NCBI GenBank assembly: GCA_021844945.1 | Contig: JAKBSJ010000003.1 | Location: forward strand, 32,565 to 96,564 | Source of the DNA: Thermoplasmata archaeon | Lineage (GTDB): Archaea > Thermoplasmatota > Thermoplasmata > Lutacidiplasmatales > UBA184 | Reading direction: 5' to 3' | DNA length: 64,000 nt | Shown here: one piece after another, positions 37,180-46,689 of the stretch | Position numbering within the stretch: the stretch's first letter is position 1 | How the letters are laid out: each line of letters begins with the position of its first letter | Notes under the pieces: model-generated | Told to the model about the DNA's origin: nothing | The model's database searches: none | Seen by the model: only the letters and a program-made list of their open reading frames with translations | Program-made: the position numbers and the translations under genes

Positions 37180-38514
37180 TTAACGCCGACGAGGTCTCCC
37201 GCGGAGTGGGGAGCGGGCGCGGTTGGTAACGGGAGAACTCCGCGGGATGCCCGGCGTGCTCTTCGATGCGCCCCGCGCTCGAGGGGCGCTCGGAAGCTCC
37301 GGACCGATGGCGTCGAGCAATCGGCCCGCAACCTCGAATTTCGGGCCCCGCAACCAGAACCGCGCACCGCGCGGGGGAAGCACTAACGCCGCGATCTCGG
37401 GGCTACCCATCGTTCCGGAGTCGTTCGCCACCACCCAGTCGAGGTCGGCCTCCGTACGGGCCCCGCGCGCCGCTCGCTCGAGCGTCGCGGGGTCGGCGGT
37501 CGCTTCCAGCTTGAACGAGACCAATACGGTCGGACGCGGTGCCCACGCGCGTAGTTGGGGCAGGAACTTCGCGGCTCGTTTCAGTCGCAATGTGATCTCC
37601 GGGTGCTCCCGGGATGAGATCTTGCCCCGCTGCGCCTCGACGGTGTAGTCTGCGAGAGCCGCCGGGACGATCACGGCGGCCGCCTCGGCCAGCTCGCTCC
37701 GGCGCTCGCGGGCCAGATGGAGGAGATCCCCCACGCTTTGCCATCTCCGAACTTCGACGAACGAGGGGATGGTCACGGCATGGTGGCCCATCCAGAGTTC
37801 GACGTCGGCGCCGCGAAAGTAGCCTTGAGTGGCCAGGGCGACGGCCATGGCCCCGCTGCTCTCGTTCGAGATCGATCGAACGTCATCGATTGGCTCGCGT
37901 GCCGCGCCGCCGATCACGATCAACCGGCGCCCCTTCCATGGGCCACGGCCCAGTCGATGAAGCACCGATGCGGCGACGTCCTCGGGCGTCGCGAGCTTTT
38001 CCTCCCCTTCCGCGGCTTGGGTTCCGATGAGGCCGACCCCCCAGCTCTCGAGCTTGGCGAGCGCTTCAGCCACCGCGGGGTTCTGGCGCATCTGGGAGTG
38101 CATCGCCGGCGCGAGCAGGATCGGCACGCCACCGCCCAGCGCGATCGAGGCACAGCTCGTGACGGGGGTATCGTCGATCCCGTGGGCGATCTTCGCAATT
38201 GTATTCGCGGTGGCTGGCGCGATCAGATAGAGATCGGCCCGCTCCGGACCGGACCCGAAGAGGGTCACGTGCTCCACATTCCCGGTGAGCTGGGTGATCG
38301 GAGGGTGGCCGGTGGCGAACTGGATCGCTTCGGGGGTCACGAGGCGCTGAGCTTCGGCGCTCATCACGGCCTGGACGTCGGCCCCATGCCGAAGGAGTTC
38401 GCGGGCGATGCGGGGCACCTCGATGGCTGCGATCGACCCTGAGATGCCCAGGATGATACGGCGCCCGCTCAGGAGTTGAGTTGTCTTCCCTCGAATCACT
38501 CGACTCGGATGCAT
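37180..38514 (-). CDS. coaBC: Bifunctional phosphopantothenoylcysteine decarboxylase / phosphopantothenate-cysteine ligase (CoaBC/Dfp)
   Basis: The flavoprotein N-domain carries ILGISGSIAAIEVPRIAREL and PAMHSQM. The C-terminal CoaB domain carries ISNESSGAMA. The start is at MHPSRVIRGK. The C-terminal 40 aa are basic and low-complexity, so the true stop could be functionally earlier. Confidence 0.8.
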   Translation of the reverse strand: MHPSRVIRGKTTQLLSGRRIILGISGSIAAIEVPRIARELLRHGADVQAVMSAEAQRLVTPEAIQFATGHPPITQLTGNVEHVTLFGSGPERADLYLIAPATANTIAKIAHGIDDTPVTSCASIALGGGVPILLAPAMHSQMRQNPAVAEALAKLESWGVGLIGTQAAEGEEKLATPEDVAASVLHRLGRGPWKGRRLIVIGGAAREPIDDVRSISNESSGAMAVALATQGYFRGADVELWMGHHAVTIPSFVEVRRWQSVGDLLHLARERRSELAEAAAVIVPAALADYTVEAQRGKISSREHPEITLRLKRAAKFLPQLRAWAPRPTVLVSFKLEATADPATLERAARGARTEADLDWVVANDSGTMGSPEIAALVLPPRGARFWLRGPKFEVAGRLLDAIGPELPSAPRARGASKSTPGIPRSSPVTNRARSPLRGRPRRR

Positions 38515-38644
38515 GGCACCCAGGATCCGGCGGAGGATACGCTCCGCCACTTTAGACCGAGGGCCGGCAACGACTATAAGGGAGGCGGCACCGGCGATGT
38601 TGATGTCGGCCCACGGGAAGCCGGAGCCTTCGCGGCCCCTCGCG

Positions 38645-39520
38645 ATGAAGCACGTCGAGCTTCCGGTTGTCCGAGACGAACCCAGTCCGTTCGCCTCGAT
38701 GTCCCGCTCGACTCCCACTCCCCGGCAGCCTCCCACCCCGCGACCGGTCGATCGAGGGGTCATCGTCTTCGATCTCGATGGGACCCTGCTCGACGACCTC
38801 CGCTTGATCAGCGAGGTCGCGGCGGACGTTCTTTTCCGGGCCTTCCGCACTCCACCCGAGGAGGGACGCATTCACTATCTTGCGACCACGGGGCTGCCCT
38901 TCGAAGCCCAACTTGCTCAGCTCTACCCCGACGCGCCACCCCAACTACGCGAAACGACCGCACGGATCTTCCATCAGCGCAAAGTCTCCGAGGCCTATGC
39001 GCACGCAAGCCCCTTCCTCGAAGTTCCGAGGACGCTCAAGCGCCTCTCCGTGGAGGGTTGGACAATGGTGGTTTCTACCGGCTCCGAGACCGAGATGGCC
39101 GAACTTCTCCTCGAGCGCGAGGGCCTACGCTATTGGTTCGAGGATGTGCTTGGTTCGGCCCAGGGCACGAAGCGCGAGCACCTCGCGGAGTACCGACGTC
39201 GGTATCCCGACGTCCCGGTGTTCCTCGTGGGCGATTCTCGGTTTGACATGGAGGCCGCCCGCTCCGCACTGGGGGTCACGGCGATCGGACGCGCGACCTC
39301 GCTCGAAGGCTGGATCCTCGCTCCCGAGGATCTGAAGCGTTGGGGGGCGGCGTGGGCAGACTACTCCCTCGAACGATTGCCCGAGGTCCTCGCACGATTC
39401 ACGTCGGCCGCTCGAAGCACGACACGGACGAAAGGCCGGTCACCCGCGCCGCGGCGCGTAGCTCCCAAAGCCCGCCGCCCCGCATCCAAGAAGAGTCGGC
39501 GGAGTACTTCGCGTCGGTAG
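38645..39520 (+). CDS. HAD-superfamily hydrolase
   Basis: Motif I is VIVFDLDGTLLDD. Motif IV is FLVGDSRFDMEAAR. The start is uncertain: an ATG at 38645 is chosen, whereas the track ORF begins at 38513. The C-terminal basic tail is RRVAPKARRPASKKSRRSTSRR. Confidence 0.6.
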   Translation: MKHVELPVVRDEPSPFASMSRSTPTPRQPPTPRPVDRGVIVFDLDGTLLDDLRLISEVAADVLFRAFRTPPEEGRIHYLATTGLPFEAQLAQLYPDAPPQLRETTARIFHQRKVSEAYAHASPFLEVPRTLKRLSVEGWTMVVSTGSETEMAELLLEREGLRYWFEDVLGSAQGTKREHLAEYRRRYPDVPVFLVGDSRFDMEAARSALGVTAIGRATSLEGWILAPEDLKRWGAAWADYSLERLPEVLARFTSAARSTTRTKGRSPAPRRVAPKARRPASKKSRRSTSRR

Positions 39521-39706
39521 GGCCGGGACCGAGAGTCTCAGGGCAGGGGTCAGACCCCACGCCTCTTTGAACCCGGGTCGAGGGATCCACAGTCCCCCAG
39601 GATAGGCCAAGCTACCCCATCCCGGCCACGGGAGCCCCGACGCCGGCCCGACCTGAAAAGGCTTTTCGAAGGTGGGCCGGGAGGGCTCCCTTCCTGGGAC
39701 GGCCCT

Positions 39707-39964
39707 TCAAGCCCCCGTTCGAGGCGGGACCTGTTCGCGGATACCGAGCGCCTCTTCGTCGTGGCGTAGCTTGGACCGTCGGTCCTGGGCTTCGGCTCGT
39801 CCCACGTAAATGAAGAATCCTCCGAAGCCTGCAGAGGAGATGCCTCCGAGGTAGCCCCCGAAGTACCACCAACCCAGACCGAGCATAATCATCGCGAGCA
39901 CGAAGCCCGCACCCGCAGCGAAGAGGAGGGCTCCGCCGACGACGAAGGCGTTCTCCCTCAGCAT
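39707..39964 (-). CDS. Small Gly/aromatic-rich membrane protein, 85 aa
   Basis: It has two hydrophobic segments (VVGGALLFAAGAGFVLAMIMLGLGWWYFGGYLGG...GFFIYV). Confidence 0.3.
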   Translation of the reverse strand: MLRENAFVVGGALLFAAGAGFVLAMIMLGLGWWYFGGYLGGISSAGFGGFFIYVGRAEAQDRRSKLRHDEEALGIREQVPPRTGA

Positions 39965-40020
39965 CGGAACCTTGGGCCGCGCGGCATCTTCGCGACGGCG
40001 CTGTACAGGGAGCGACCGTT

Positions 40021-40611
40021 ATGACCTCTGCCTCAACTGGCCCCACGATGCCGTACGCCGCAATCGCTTCGGTGGATATTGCCGCGCTTCGGTGGATCCG
40101 CGTTGAGGGCGGCCACCACGATTTCGAACTTCGTTCGGGCGACACTGCGGTCGCAAAGGTCTCCTTGCCCCCCGAGAGGAGCCGTCCGGCCAGTGCCGAG
40201 TCGATCGAGGGGCACTACACAATCGACCGCGCCGGATTCCTTCGTCCTCGGCTCACGCTCCGCCGCGAGGGGTCGAGTACCGTACTCGCGCGTCTGGTGA
40301 GTGGGCCCGAGGGCCTCCCTGCCCATCACGCGATCGAGATTGGGGGTCATGTTACCTTCGGACTCAGCCGCGCCGGTGTGTCCGTGCCCGCCTGGTCGAT
40401 CTCGACCGCCGACGGAACGGAGTGGGCGCACCTTGAGACGATACGGGAGGGCCGCCAGCTCCTCGGTAGCGTGTGCGATGTGGAGTCGACCGTGCCCGCC
40501 GACTCGTCCTCCCTCTACGCACTCATCCTGACCTGGTGCTTCATCTCGCACGCGTGGCTTGAGGACGAGGTCGTGGGTGAGTGGACCGACCACGCCGAGG
40601 GCCGGTTTTAG
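40021..40611 (+). CDS. Hypothetical protein, 196 aa
   Basis: The composition is balanced, unlike the antisense arginine-rich frame. No motif is recognised. Its 3' end overlaps the convergent esterase gene by 70 nt. Confidence 0.4.
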   Translation: MTSASTGPTMPYAAIASVDIAALRWIRVEGGHHDFELRSGDTAVAKVSLPPERSRPASAESIEGHYTIDRAGFLRPRLTLRREGSSTVLARLVSGPEGLPAHHAIEIGGHVTFGLSRAGVSVPAWSISTADGTEWAHLETIREGRQLLGSVCDVESTVPADSSSLYALILTWCFISHAWLEDEVVGEWTDHAEGRF

Positions 40612-41686
40612 CGGCGGGCTTGTCTCTTCGGCCGGGAGCCCCCAGGGCGCGAAGGATCGTCGGGAAGATCACTTCGTACCGAGGCGCGACATCCGCGTGC
40701 TTTCCGGAGTACTCCCGGTGATCCACGCGGGCGCCTTGAGCCCGGGCCACGGCTGCGAAGATCCGGGCCGAGACCTCGAGGTTCCATTCGTCCTCCTCGC
40801 CCCCGTCTACGTAGACGTACCGTAGACGGCGTAAGGCTCGGGCAAACCGAGCCCGCGCGATCATCCGAACGGGGTCGCGGGCCAGCCATTTCGCCCAAAT
40901 CTCGGGTCGCAAAGCTCCGCTGGTCAAATCGAACGGAAGCTCGAAGCGACCCGGCTCGTCGTCCACGGGAGAATAGCACGACGCGTAGGCCATGAGCTCG
41001 AGACCCGAGGCCATGGGATGGAGGGGGCCCCATCCATCGATCGGTCGGGCGAATACGCGTCGAAGAAGGGCTTCGGGGCCGCCCGCCTTGCGAATCGCGC
41101 GGAACGCTCGCGGAAAGTCGGGAAGGTAACCGTACTCGAAGTACATGTCACCGGAGTCCGAGGCGGCCGCCGAAAAGACATCGGGATGGCGAAGGGCGAG
41201 GCTGAGCGCGCCATACCCTCCACTGGAGGTCCCTAACACCCCTACCGGGCCCGTTCGGTAGCGTTCCCGCACCCACGGGATGATTTCCTCCATAACGTAG
41301 TCCTCGTACCGTCCGGTCGCCGAGGAGTTCACGTACTGGCTTCCGCCAAGCGTGGTCATGCAGTCCGGCGACACCATTACAGCCTCTCCGGCTACCCCCG
41401 ACCGGATCAGCCGGTCCAGCTGACTGACCCGTGTGTCGGAGAGGTAGCGCGGCCGCTGGAAGTGAAGGAAGCCCGAGCCAGTGTACCCCGATAGCAGCAC
41501 CAGAAGCGGCCGGCCTTCGGTTCGCCCGGAGGGGGGGATATAGACCTGCAGTTCCCGCTCGACCGGGTCGCGCCAGGGATTGCCTTCCAGCACCTGGCTC
41601 GTGATCGCCGGTCGTTCGATCCGACCCTGAAGCGGGCGAGGGAACATGATCGGCGTTCGCGAATCCAGTGGCACGGAGATCGACAT
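40541..41686 (-). CDS. Esterase-family alpha/beta hydrolase (putative-esterase / enterochelin esterase-like)
   Basis: VLGTSSGGYGAL is a GxSxG nucleophile elbow. LVLLSGYTGSG is present. The C-terminal 40 aa are basic and low-complexity. Confidence 0.7.
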   Translation of the reverse strand: MSISVPLDSRTPIMFPRPLQGRIERPAITSQVLEGNPWRDPVERELQVYIPPSGRTEGRPLLVLLSGYTGSGFLHFQRPRYLSDTRVSQLDRLIRSGVAGEAVMVSPDCMTTLGGSQYVNSSATGRYEDYVMEEIIPWVRERYRTGPVGVLGTSSGGYGALSLALRHPDVFSAAASDSGDMYFEYGYLPDFPRAFRAIRKAGGPEALLRRVFARPIDGWGPLHPMASGLELMAYASCYSPVDDEPGRFELPFDLTSGALRPEIWAKWLARDPVRMIARARFARALRRLRYVYVDGGEEDEWNLEVSARIFAAVARAQGARVDHREYSGKHADVAPRYEVIFPTILRALGAPGRRDKPAAKTGPRRGRSTHPRPRPQATRAR

Positions 41687-41795
41687 CGAGTGGCCTCCCG
41701 ACCGACATCGCCGATCCCCTCAAAGAGAGCGCGGGGGCCGCCCGGACCTTCGGCTCGCGCTAAGCTGAAGAGCTCCTTCGGCCCCAGCTCGTTCG

Positions 41796-42152
41796 ATGGA
41801 GCGTTGGAACGAGGAAGCGTTTTCGGGAAGGGAACTGCTCCGGCCGGGGAGGTGGTGCGTTGCGTTCCTGGCCGATTGGTGCCCGTTCTGTCGCTCGTTC
41901 CGGCCGATGTTCGAGGCGGCGGATGGCGCCGCCGACATCTCGCTCGCGATCGCCGATGTGACGTCGGAGGACAGTCCTCTCTGGGACACGTTCCGTATCG
42001 AAGTCGTCCCTACGATCGCCTTGTTCCAAGATGGGAAGCTGATCGCACGGCGCGACGGTCGTCCGATGAAGGGCCTAGAGCGTACGGACTTGGAAGATCT
42101 CTGTCGAACTGCGGCCTCACCCGCCACATCACCCGCTTCGCGTGAAGGATAG
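41796..42152 (+). CDS. Thioredoxin-fold protein (WCPFC active site)
   Basis: CVAFLADWCPFCRSFRPMFE has the Trx-like CxxC. The cis-Pro region is VVPTIALF. Confidence 0.7.
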   Translation: MERWNEEAFSGRELLRPGRWCVAFLADWCPFCRSFRPMFEAADGAADISLAIADVTSEDSPLWDTFRIEVVPTIALFQDGKLIARRDGRPMKGLERTDLEDLCRTAASPATSPASREG

Positions 42153-43026
42153 GGTTTTTCCTACCGCGGTCGTGGGTGTTGGCGTGCCGAGCGCTCCCAG
42201 CGCCCCCGATCGCAAGATCGCGCTGATTACCGGGGGAGGAACGGGCATCGGGAGGGCGATCGGCGAACTCCTGACCGAGGATGGATACGACCTCGCGATC
42301 GCCAGCCGGTCCGTCGAACATCTCGACCAGGGAGCTCGGATGCTTCGAGCGCGAGGCGCTCGGGTGCTCACGGTCCCCACCGATGTCCGCGACCCCGCCG
42401 AGGTCGACCGGCTGATGGCCCGGGTGCGCGACGAGTACGGTCGGCTCGACGTGCTGGTGAACAACGCTGCCGGGAACTTCCCGGTCCACGCGGAGGACCT
42501 ATCTCCGAACGGGTGGCGGGCCGTCGTCGGGATCGTCCTCGACGGAACGTTCTTCTGCTCGCGCGCGGCGTTCCCCCTCCTGCGCGCCGCGCGGGACTCT
42601 TCCATCATCAACATCGTTGCGGCGTATGCTTGGCTCGCCGGTCCGGGGACGGTACATTCCGCGGCAGCGAAGGCAGGCGTGCTCTCGCTGACCCGCACCC
42701 TGGCGGTCGAGTGGGCTCGGCATGGGATCCGAGTGAACGCTGTGAGCCCCGGCCCGGTTCGTACCGAAGGCACGGACCAGCAACTCTGGACCTCCGAGGA
42801 GCTTGTCCGGCAGATCGAACACGGGGTGCCGATGGAGCGCTTTGGGACTCCGGAAGAGATCGCACAGGCCGTTCGCTTCCTCATCGGACCCCACGCGCGC
42901 TACATCACCGGCCAGGTTCTTCCCGTGGACGGGGGACAGTGGCTCGGCCGAGGTATGATGGAATTCTTCAACGGGCCGGGGCCGGAAAGGGCCGCTTCGT
43001 CCCGCCCAGGGGGTGCGCCCGAGTGA
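42142..43026 (+). CDS. SDR-family NAD(P)-dependent oxidoreductase
   Basis: ALITGGGTGIGRAI, NNAG and a YxxxK-equivalent (SAAAKAGVLSLTR) are present. The fold resembles 2,4-dienoyl-CoA reductase. Confidence 0.85.
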   Translation: MKDRVFPTAVVGVGVPSAPSAPDRKIALITGGGTGIGRAIGELLTEDGYDLAIASRSVEHLDQGARMLRARGARVLTVPTDVRDPAEVDRLMARVRDEYGRLDVLVNNAAGNFPVHAEDLSPNGWRAVVGIVLDGTFFCSRAAFPLLRAARDSSIINIVAAYAWLAGPGTVHSAAAKAGVLSLTRTLAVEWARHGIRVNAVSPGPVRTEGTDQQLWTSEELVRQIEHGVPMERFGTPEEIAQAVRFLIGPHARYITGQVLPVDGGQWLGRGMMEFFNGPGPERAASSRPGGAPE

Positions 43027-43078
43027 AGGGACGAATGGCCTGCGATCGTTCCGCCCGCCCCGAGATCGCGGAGACCTG

Positions 43079-44326
43079 GTGAACTTTTTCGACTCGGCTA
43101 CGGTCGTCGTCGCGATCCTCCTGCTCGGCGCGACGATCCTCATCGCCTTCGGGAGCGACGCTCTCTCGCAGCGGTTCCGGGTCCCGGATGTCCTGTGGCT
43201 GATCCTCTTCGGCCTCCTCGCGGGACCGATCTTCCATATCGTAAGCCCGAGCCAGGTGACGGAGATCGGCGCGATCGTAGGGACGATCGCGCTGGTGATC
43301 ATCCTCTACGACGCCGGTATCGACTTCAATCCTCGCGAAGCTCGGTCGGTCGGTGTCTCGGGACTGCTCCTTGCGGTGCTGAGCTTTGGACTCTCGGCGG
43401 TGGCACTGTTCCTCGTCGCCTACCTGCTTCTGACCCACTATGATCTCACGACCTCCATCGTCTTCGCCCTCGCGCTCGCGGGGATCTCGGGAGCGGTCAC
43501 GATCCCGCTGGGCGCCCGTCTTGGACTCTCGGCCCCGTCGCGCGATACCCTGAATCTCGACCTCGCGATCGAGGATACGCTCGGGGTCTTGTCGGTCACG
43601 GTCCTCCTCTCGGTCCTAGCGAGCCCCAACGCGGGCATCGGCGCGCTCGTTCCCCAGGTATTGCTCCCGCTCCCCCTCGCGATCATCTTTGGCGTGCTCG
43701 GAGGTCTCGCCGCAATCGAGTTCCTGACCCGATGGCAGCAGCGCGTCTACGCCGGGCTTGCGGTGATGGGCCTCTTGCTCGTCGTCTACGCCGGGACCCA
43801 GTACCTCGACGGGTCCGGGATCATCGCGGCATTGATCATGGGAGTAGTTCTCGGGAACGACTCGTTCTTCCGCCGTTGGCTTCCCCGCACGATGAGCCCC
43901 GACTTTGCCTTCGACCCCACCGTCCGCCAAGTCCACAACGACATCGCCTTCGTCCTTCGCGCACTCTTCCTGGTCATCCTCGGGATCATCGTGCCGATCC
44001 AACCGCTCGGAGTGACCGTCGCGGCGGCGGCCGTCGCGCTCCCGTTTGTCCTTCTCCTCCTGCGGCGGTACGTGCTGCAGGACCTGGCGGGCCGCCAACG
44101 CGTGTCCTCCAAGGAGTGGCCTCGTCTCGCGGGCCTCTACGGTAGGGGTCTGACGAACGCCGTCCTTCTGATCCTCGCGCTCGCCCTCATCCCGGCGATG
44201 AACTCCTTGCTGTTCCCGGCGCTGATCGTCATCATCGGAACGGACGTGCTGATGACGGCCCTGGTCTTCCTTGACCGAGGCTCCGGGCCCTCCGCGCCCT
44301 CTCCCACGAGTTCCGGAGGCCCGTAG
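43079..44326 (+). CDS. Cation:proton antiporter (CPA1/NhaP-type Na+/H+ exchanger)
   Basis: It is polytopic, with about 11-12 TM helices. LFGLLAGP and IILYDAGIDFN are present. A GTG at 43079 is inferred as the start. Confidence 0.8.
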   Translation: MNFFDSATVVVAILLLGATILIAFGSDALSQRFRVPDVLWLILFGLLAGPIFHIVSPSQVTEIGAIVGTIALVIILYDAGIDFNPREARSVGVSGLLLAVLSFGLSAVALFLVAYLLLTHYDLTTSIVFALALAGISGAVTIPLGARLGLSAPSRDTLNLDLAIEDTLGVLSVTVLLSVLASPNAGIGALVPQVLLPLPLAIIFGVLGGLAAIEFLTRWQQRVYAGLAVMGLLLVVYAGTQYLDGSGIIAALIMGVVLGNDSFFRRWLPRTMSPDFAFDPTVRQVHNDIAFVLRALFLVILGIIVPIQPLGVTVAAAAVALPFVLLLLRRYVLQDLAGRQRVSSKEWPRLAGLYGRGLTNAVLLILALALIPAMNSLLFPALIVIIGTDVLMTALVFLDRGSGPSAPSPTSSGGP

Positions 44327-44374
44327 TGCCAGGGGCGCGGTGCTCCGGGCCTCCAAGTCCGGGGCCCGCCGACA

Positions 44375-45205
44375 TCACATCGCCGGCACGTCGCGCTCGA
44401 CCAGGAACCGGTGGAGCAATCCGATGTACTGTGCCGGCCGGGTCAGGTGTGGAAAGTGGCCCACGTCCGGGATCTGCTGCACCTTGACGTTGCGCAGCCT
44501 TCGTGCGAGCGCCTCAGTCATCCGGTGGAGGAACGGCGGGCTATCCGCTCCCTCGGTCAGGAGCACGGGGCTCATCGCCTCGGAGAGGCCCGAGAGCTCC
44601 GGTCGGTCGGTCTCCGGGTCTGAGACCTCCTCGAGCCAGTGCGGCGCGTTCGCGAGGAACGTTGCCTTCCCGTCGACCGGCATGCGATCCCACGCGCCGG
44701 GATCGCGCGCCAACGCCGTCACAAATCCCCGAGCGGCCGATTCAATCTCGCCCTGGCGGAGGGCCCGCCGGAGCTGGGCCACCCCGGCCCGAAGCTCCTG
44801 AGCCTCGAGCGCGGTCGCCGGGTCGTCCTCCAGAAAGCCGAGGCACGGGGGTTCGTGAGCGACCACCGCCCGCACGAGTTCGGGGCGGGACCCGGCGAGG
44901 TGGAAGGCGACGCAGCCTCCGTAGGAGTGCGCGACGACATGGGCCGGGTAGAGGTCCGTCGCCACCAGGAAGTTCGCGAGGTCCTCCGCGTCGTCCTTCA
45001 CCGGATGCGCTCGGGTCGGACCCGTGCTCCCGCCATAACCCCGACGATCGTAGGCGAGCACTCGCATCGAATCACCGAGGACCGGAGCGATGCGGTCGAA
45101 AGTGCGATGGTCCACCCACGAACCGTGAACGAGGACGACCGGGTCCCCTCGGTCCCCGTAGCGCTCGTACCGTATACGGACGTCTCCCAGCTCCGCGATG
45201 GGCAT
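44375..45205 (-). CDS. Alpha/beta-fold hydrolase, 276 aa
   Basis: VVLVHGSW is present. AHSYGG is the GxSxG nucleophile elbow. The start is at MPIAELGDV; the upstream ORF extension is low-complexity. Confidence 0.8.
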   Translation of the reverse strand: MPIAELGDVRIRYERYGDRGDPVVLVHGSWVDHRTFDRIAPVLGDSMRVLAYDRRGYGGSTGPTRAHPVKDDAEDLANFLVATDLYPAHVVAHSYGGCVAFHLAGSRPELVRAVVAHEPPCLGFLEDDPATALEAQELRAGVAQLRRALRQGEIESAARGFVTALARDPGAWDRMPVDGKATFLANAPHWLEEVSDPETDRPELSGLSEAMSPVLLTEGADSPPFLHRMTEALARRLRNVKVQQIPDVGHFPHLTRPAQYIGLLHRFLVERDVPAM

Positions 45206-45237
45206 CGGAAATCGACGCGGTAGCCCGGAGAGGACAC

Positions 45238-46335
45238 TTAACGGGACCGTCGCGGCGAAAAGGGCCGGCGCGCTGTGAACACGAGCGCGAGCGCGTTCCC
45301 CGGGGCCTCGTGGACCCGCAGGCCGGTGAGGCCGGACCTCCGGAGCAGCGCCTTCGCGCGTTGTTCGCCCCAGCAGGTCCCCAGGCCCCCGGGTCCGTCG
45401 CTTCGCGAGACCGGCAGGCAGTAGGTGACAGAGACCCCGTAGAGGAAGCGAGCGCCCGTGCGACCAATGTTGTCCAAGAGCACGCTGGACGCCCGTGGCT
45501 CCTGAGCGAGGAACCATCCCCCGGGACGGAGCGCCCGTACGACGCCCCGCACGGTCGCCTCGGGCCGGCCCAGGTCGTGGATCGCGTCGAACATCGTGAT
45601 GAGGTCGAACGGTCCGAACCGGCGCAGCCCGCTCGCGTCCGAGCGCACGAATCGCACGTTCCGAAGTCCCAGGGACTTCGCTTCGGCCCGGGCGCGCGCG
45701 AGGGGAGCGGCGGCCCGGTCGATCCCGAGGAAGCGAGAGCGGGGGAACGCCTGGGCCAGACGGTGGACGACACGGCCGCTACCGGTGCCGAAGTCGGCGA
45801 CTCGGATTCCTCGCGCGAGAGCTTCGGAGAGGCCCGGAAGGAGGGGCACGTAGCCCGAAACCAGCAGCGCGTCCATGCGTCGTCGGTTCATCTCCTCCAT
45901 GATCCTCGGGAACTCTGGAAGGTAGGCCGAGTACGGCACCCCCTCGCCCGTGGCGAACGCGGCCGCAACCGTATCCAGATTCTTGGCCCCGAGATGGATC
46001 ATCAGGCTCCCGGGAGCCATGTTGTAGATCGAAGGTCCGCTCAGAGCTCGGGCCCGGGCGGGAGCGAGGGAGAAGCGGCGCGACCGCGCGTCGTAGGCGA
46101 CGATGCGGGCCGCCGCAACCGCGTGAAGCCACTCCCGAACGTAGCGCTCGTCCTGATGAGAGCGGCGCGCGATCTGCCGCGATGTCCCGGGGCCGTCGGT
46201 CAGCGTGGACCATAAGCCCGTCACATGACCGAGATGGACCATCATCGTTAGCTCGGCATCCGCATAGGCGCGCAGGATCCTCCGCACGAACCGACGCGTC
46301 TCCCGGGGCGCCGCGAGCGGGTTCGATGGGGCCAT
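45238..46335 (-). CDS. Class I SAM-dependent methyltransferase, 365 aa
   Basis: VADFGTGSGRV is motif I. DLITMFDAIHD and LRPGGWF are present. The start is at MAPSNPLAAP. Confidence 0.75.
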   Translation of the reverse strand: MAPSNPLAAPRETRRFVRRILRAYADAELTMMVHLGHVTGLWSTLTDGPGTSRQIARRSHQDERYVREWLHAVAAARIVAYDARSRRFSLAPARARALSGPSIYNMAPGSLMIHLGAKNLDTVAAAFATGEGVPYSAYLPEFPRIMEEMNRRRMDALLVSGYVPLLPGLSEALARGIRVADFGTGSGRVVHRLAQAFPRSRFLGIDRAAAPLARARAEAKSLGLRNVRFVRSDASGLRRFGPFDLITMFDAIHDLGRPEATVRGVVRALRPGGWFLAQEPRASSVLLDNIGRTGARFLYGVSVTYCLPVSRSDGPGGLGTCWGEQRAKALLRRSGLTGLRVHEAPGNALALVFTARRPFSPRRSR

Positions 46336-46350
46336 TCCTCGCGGGCATCC

Positions 46351-46689
46351 GTGGCAGGGCTTAATCGTGGCGACCGGCTGGACCGACGGGGGGCTGCGAA
46401 ACGAATGAGCGCGATCTTCCAGCGACCTCTGTGCGAGATGGGCCGGGCGTACGACTATGCGTATCGGCCGATCGTCGGCGATCCCACCGTCGGGGACGGG
46501 GGCCCCTGCGACGAGCGGCCGGTCGGTGTGGAGCTCTGCGCGGCGAGCGCCGACCCGACGAGGGAGGATCCACTCTACCGATCCTTCCTCCTCTGCCCCG
46601 AGCACCGGACCCAGCTCGAGCGGTACGACGCGCGACTTCGCGCCGAGGGACGGGCGAGCCGGTTCCGGATCCCTCGTCCGCAGATCTAG
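46351..46689 (+). CDS. Hypothetical Cys-containing small protein, 112 aa
   Basis: This is an ORF only. It contains CEMG...PCDER...LCAAS...LCPEH cysteines. The start is uncertain. Confidence 0.3.
   Translation: MAGLNRGDRLDRRGAAKRMSAIFQRPLCEMGRAYDYAYRPIVGDPTVGDGGPCDERPVGVELCAASADPTREDPLYRSFLLCPEHRTQLERYDARLRAEGRASRFRIPRPQI

Noticed and set aside
37180-38871. 563-aa ORF upstream extension of coaBC
   Set aside because: The flavoprotein domain begins at MHPSRVIRGK (38514). The upstream 119 aa are R/G-rich with no Dfp similarity and overlap the HAD gene region.
39612-40145. 177-aa minus ORF
   Set aside because: It is R/G/P-rich antisense-type composition. The shorter hydrophobic 39707-39964 ORF is preferred, and even that has low confidence.
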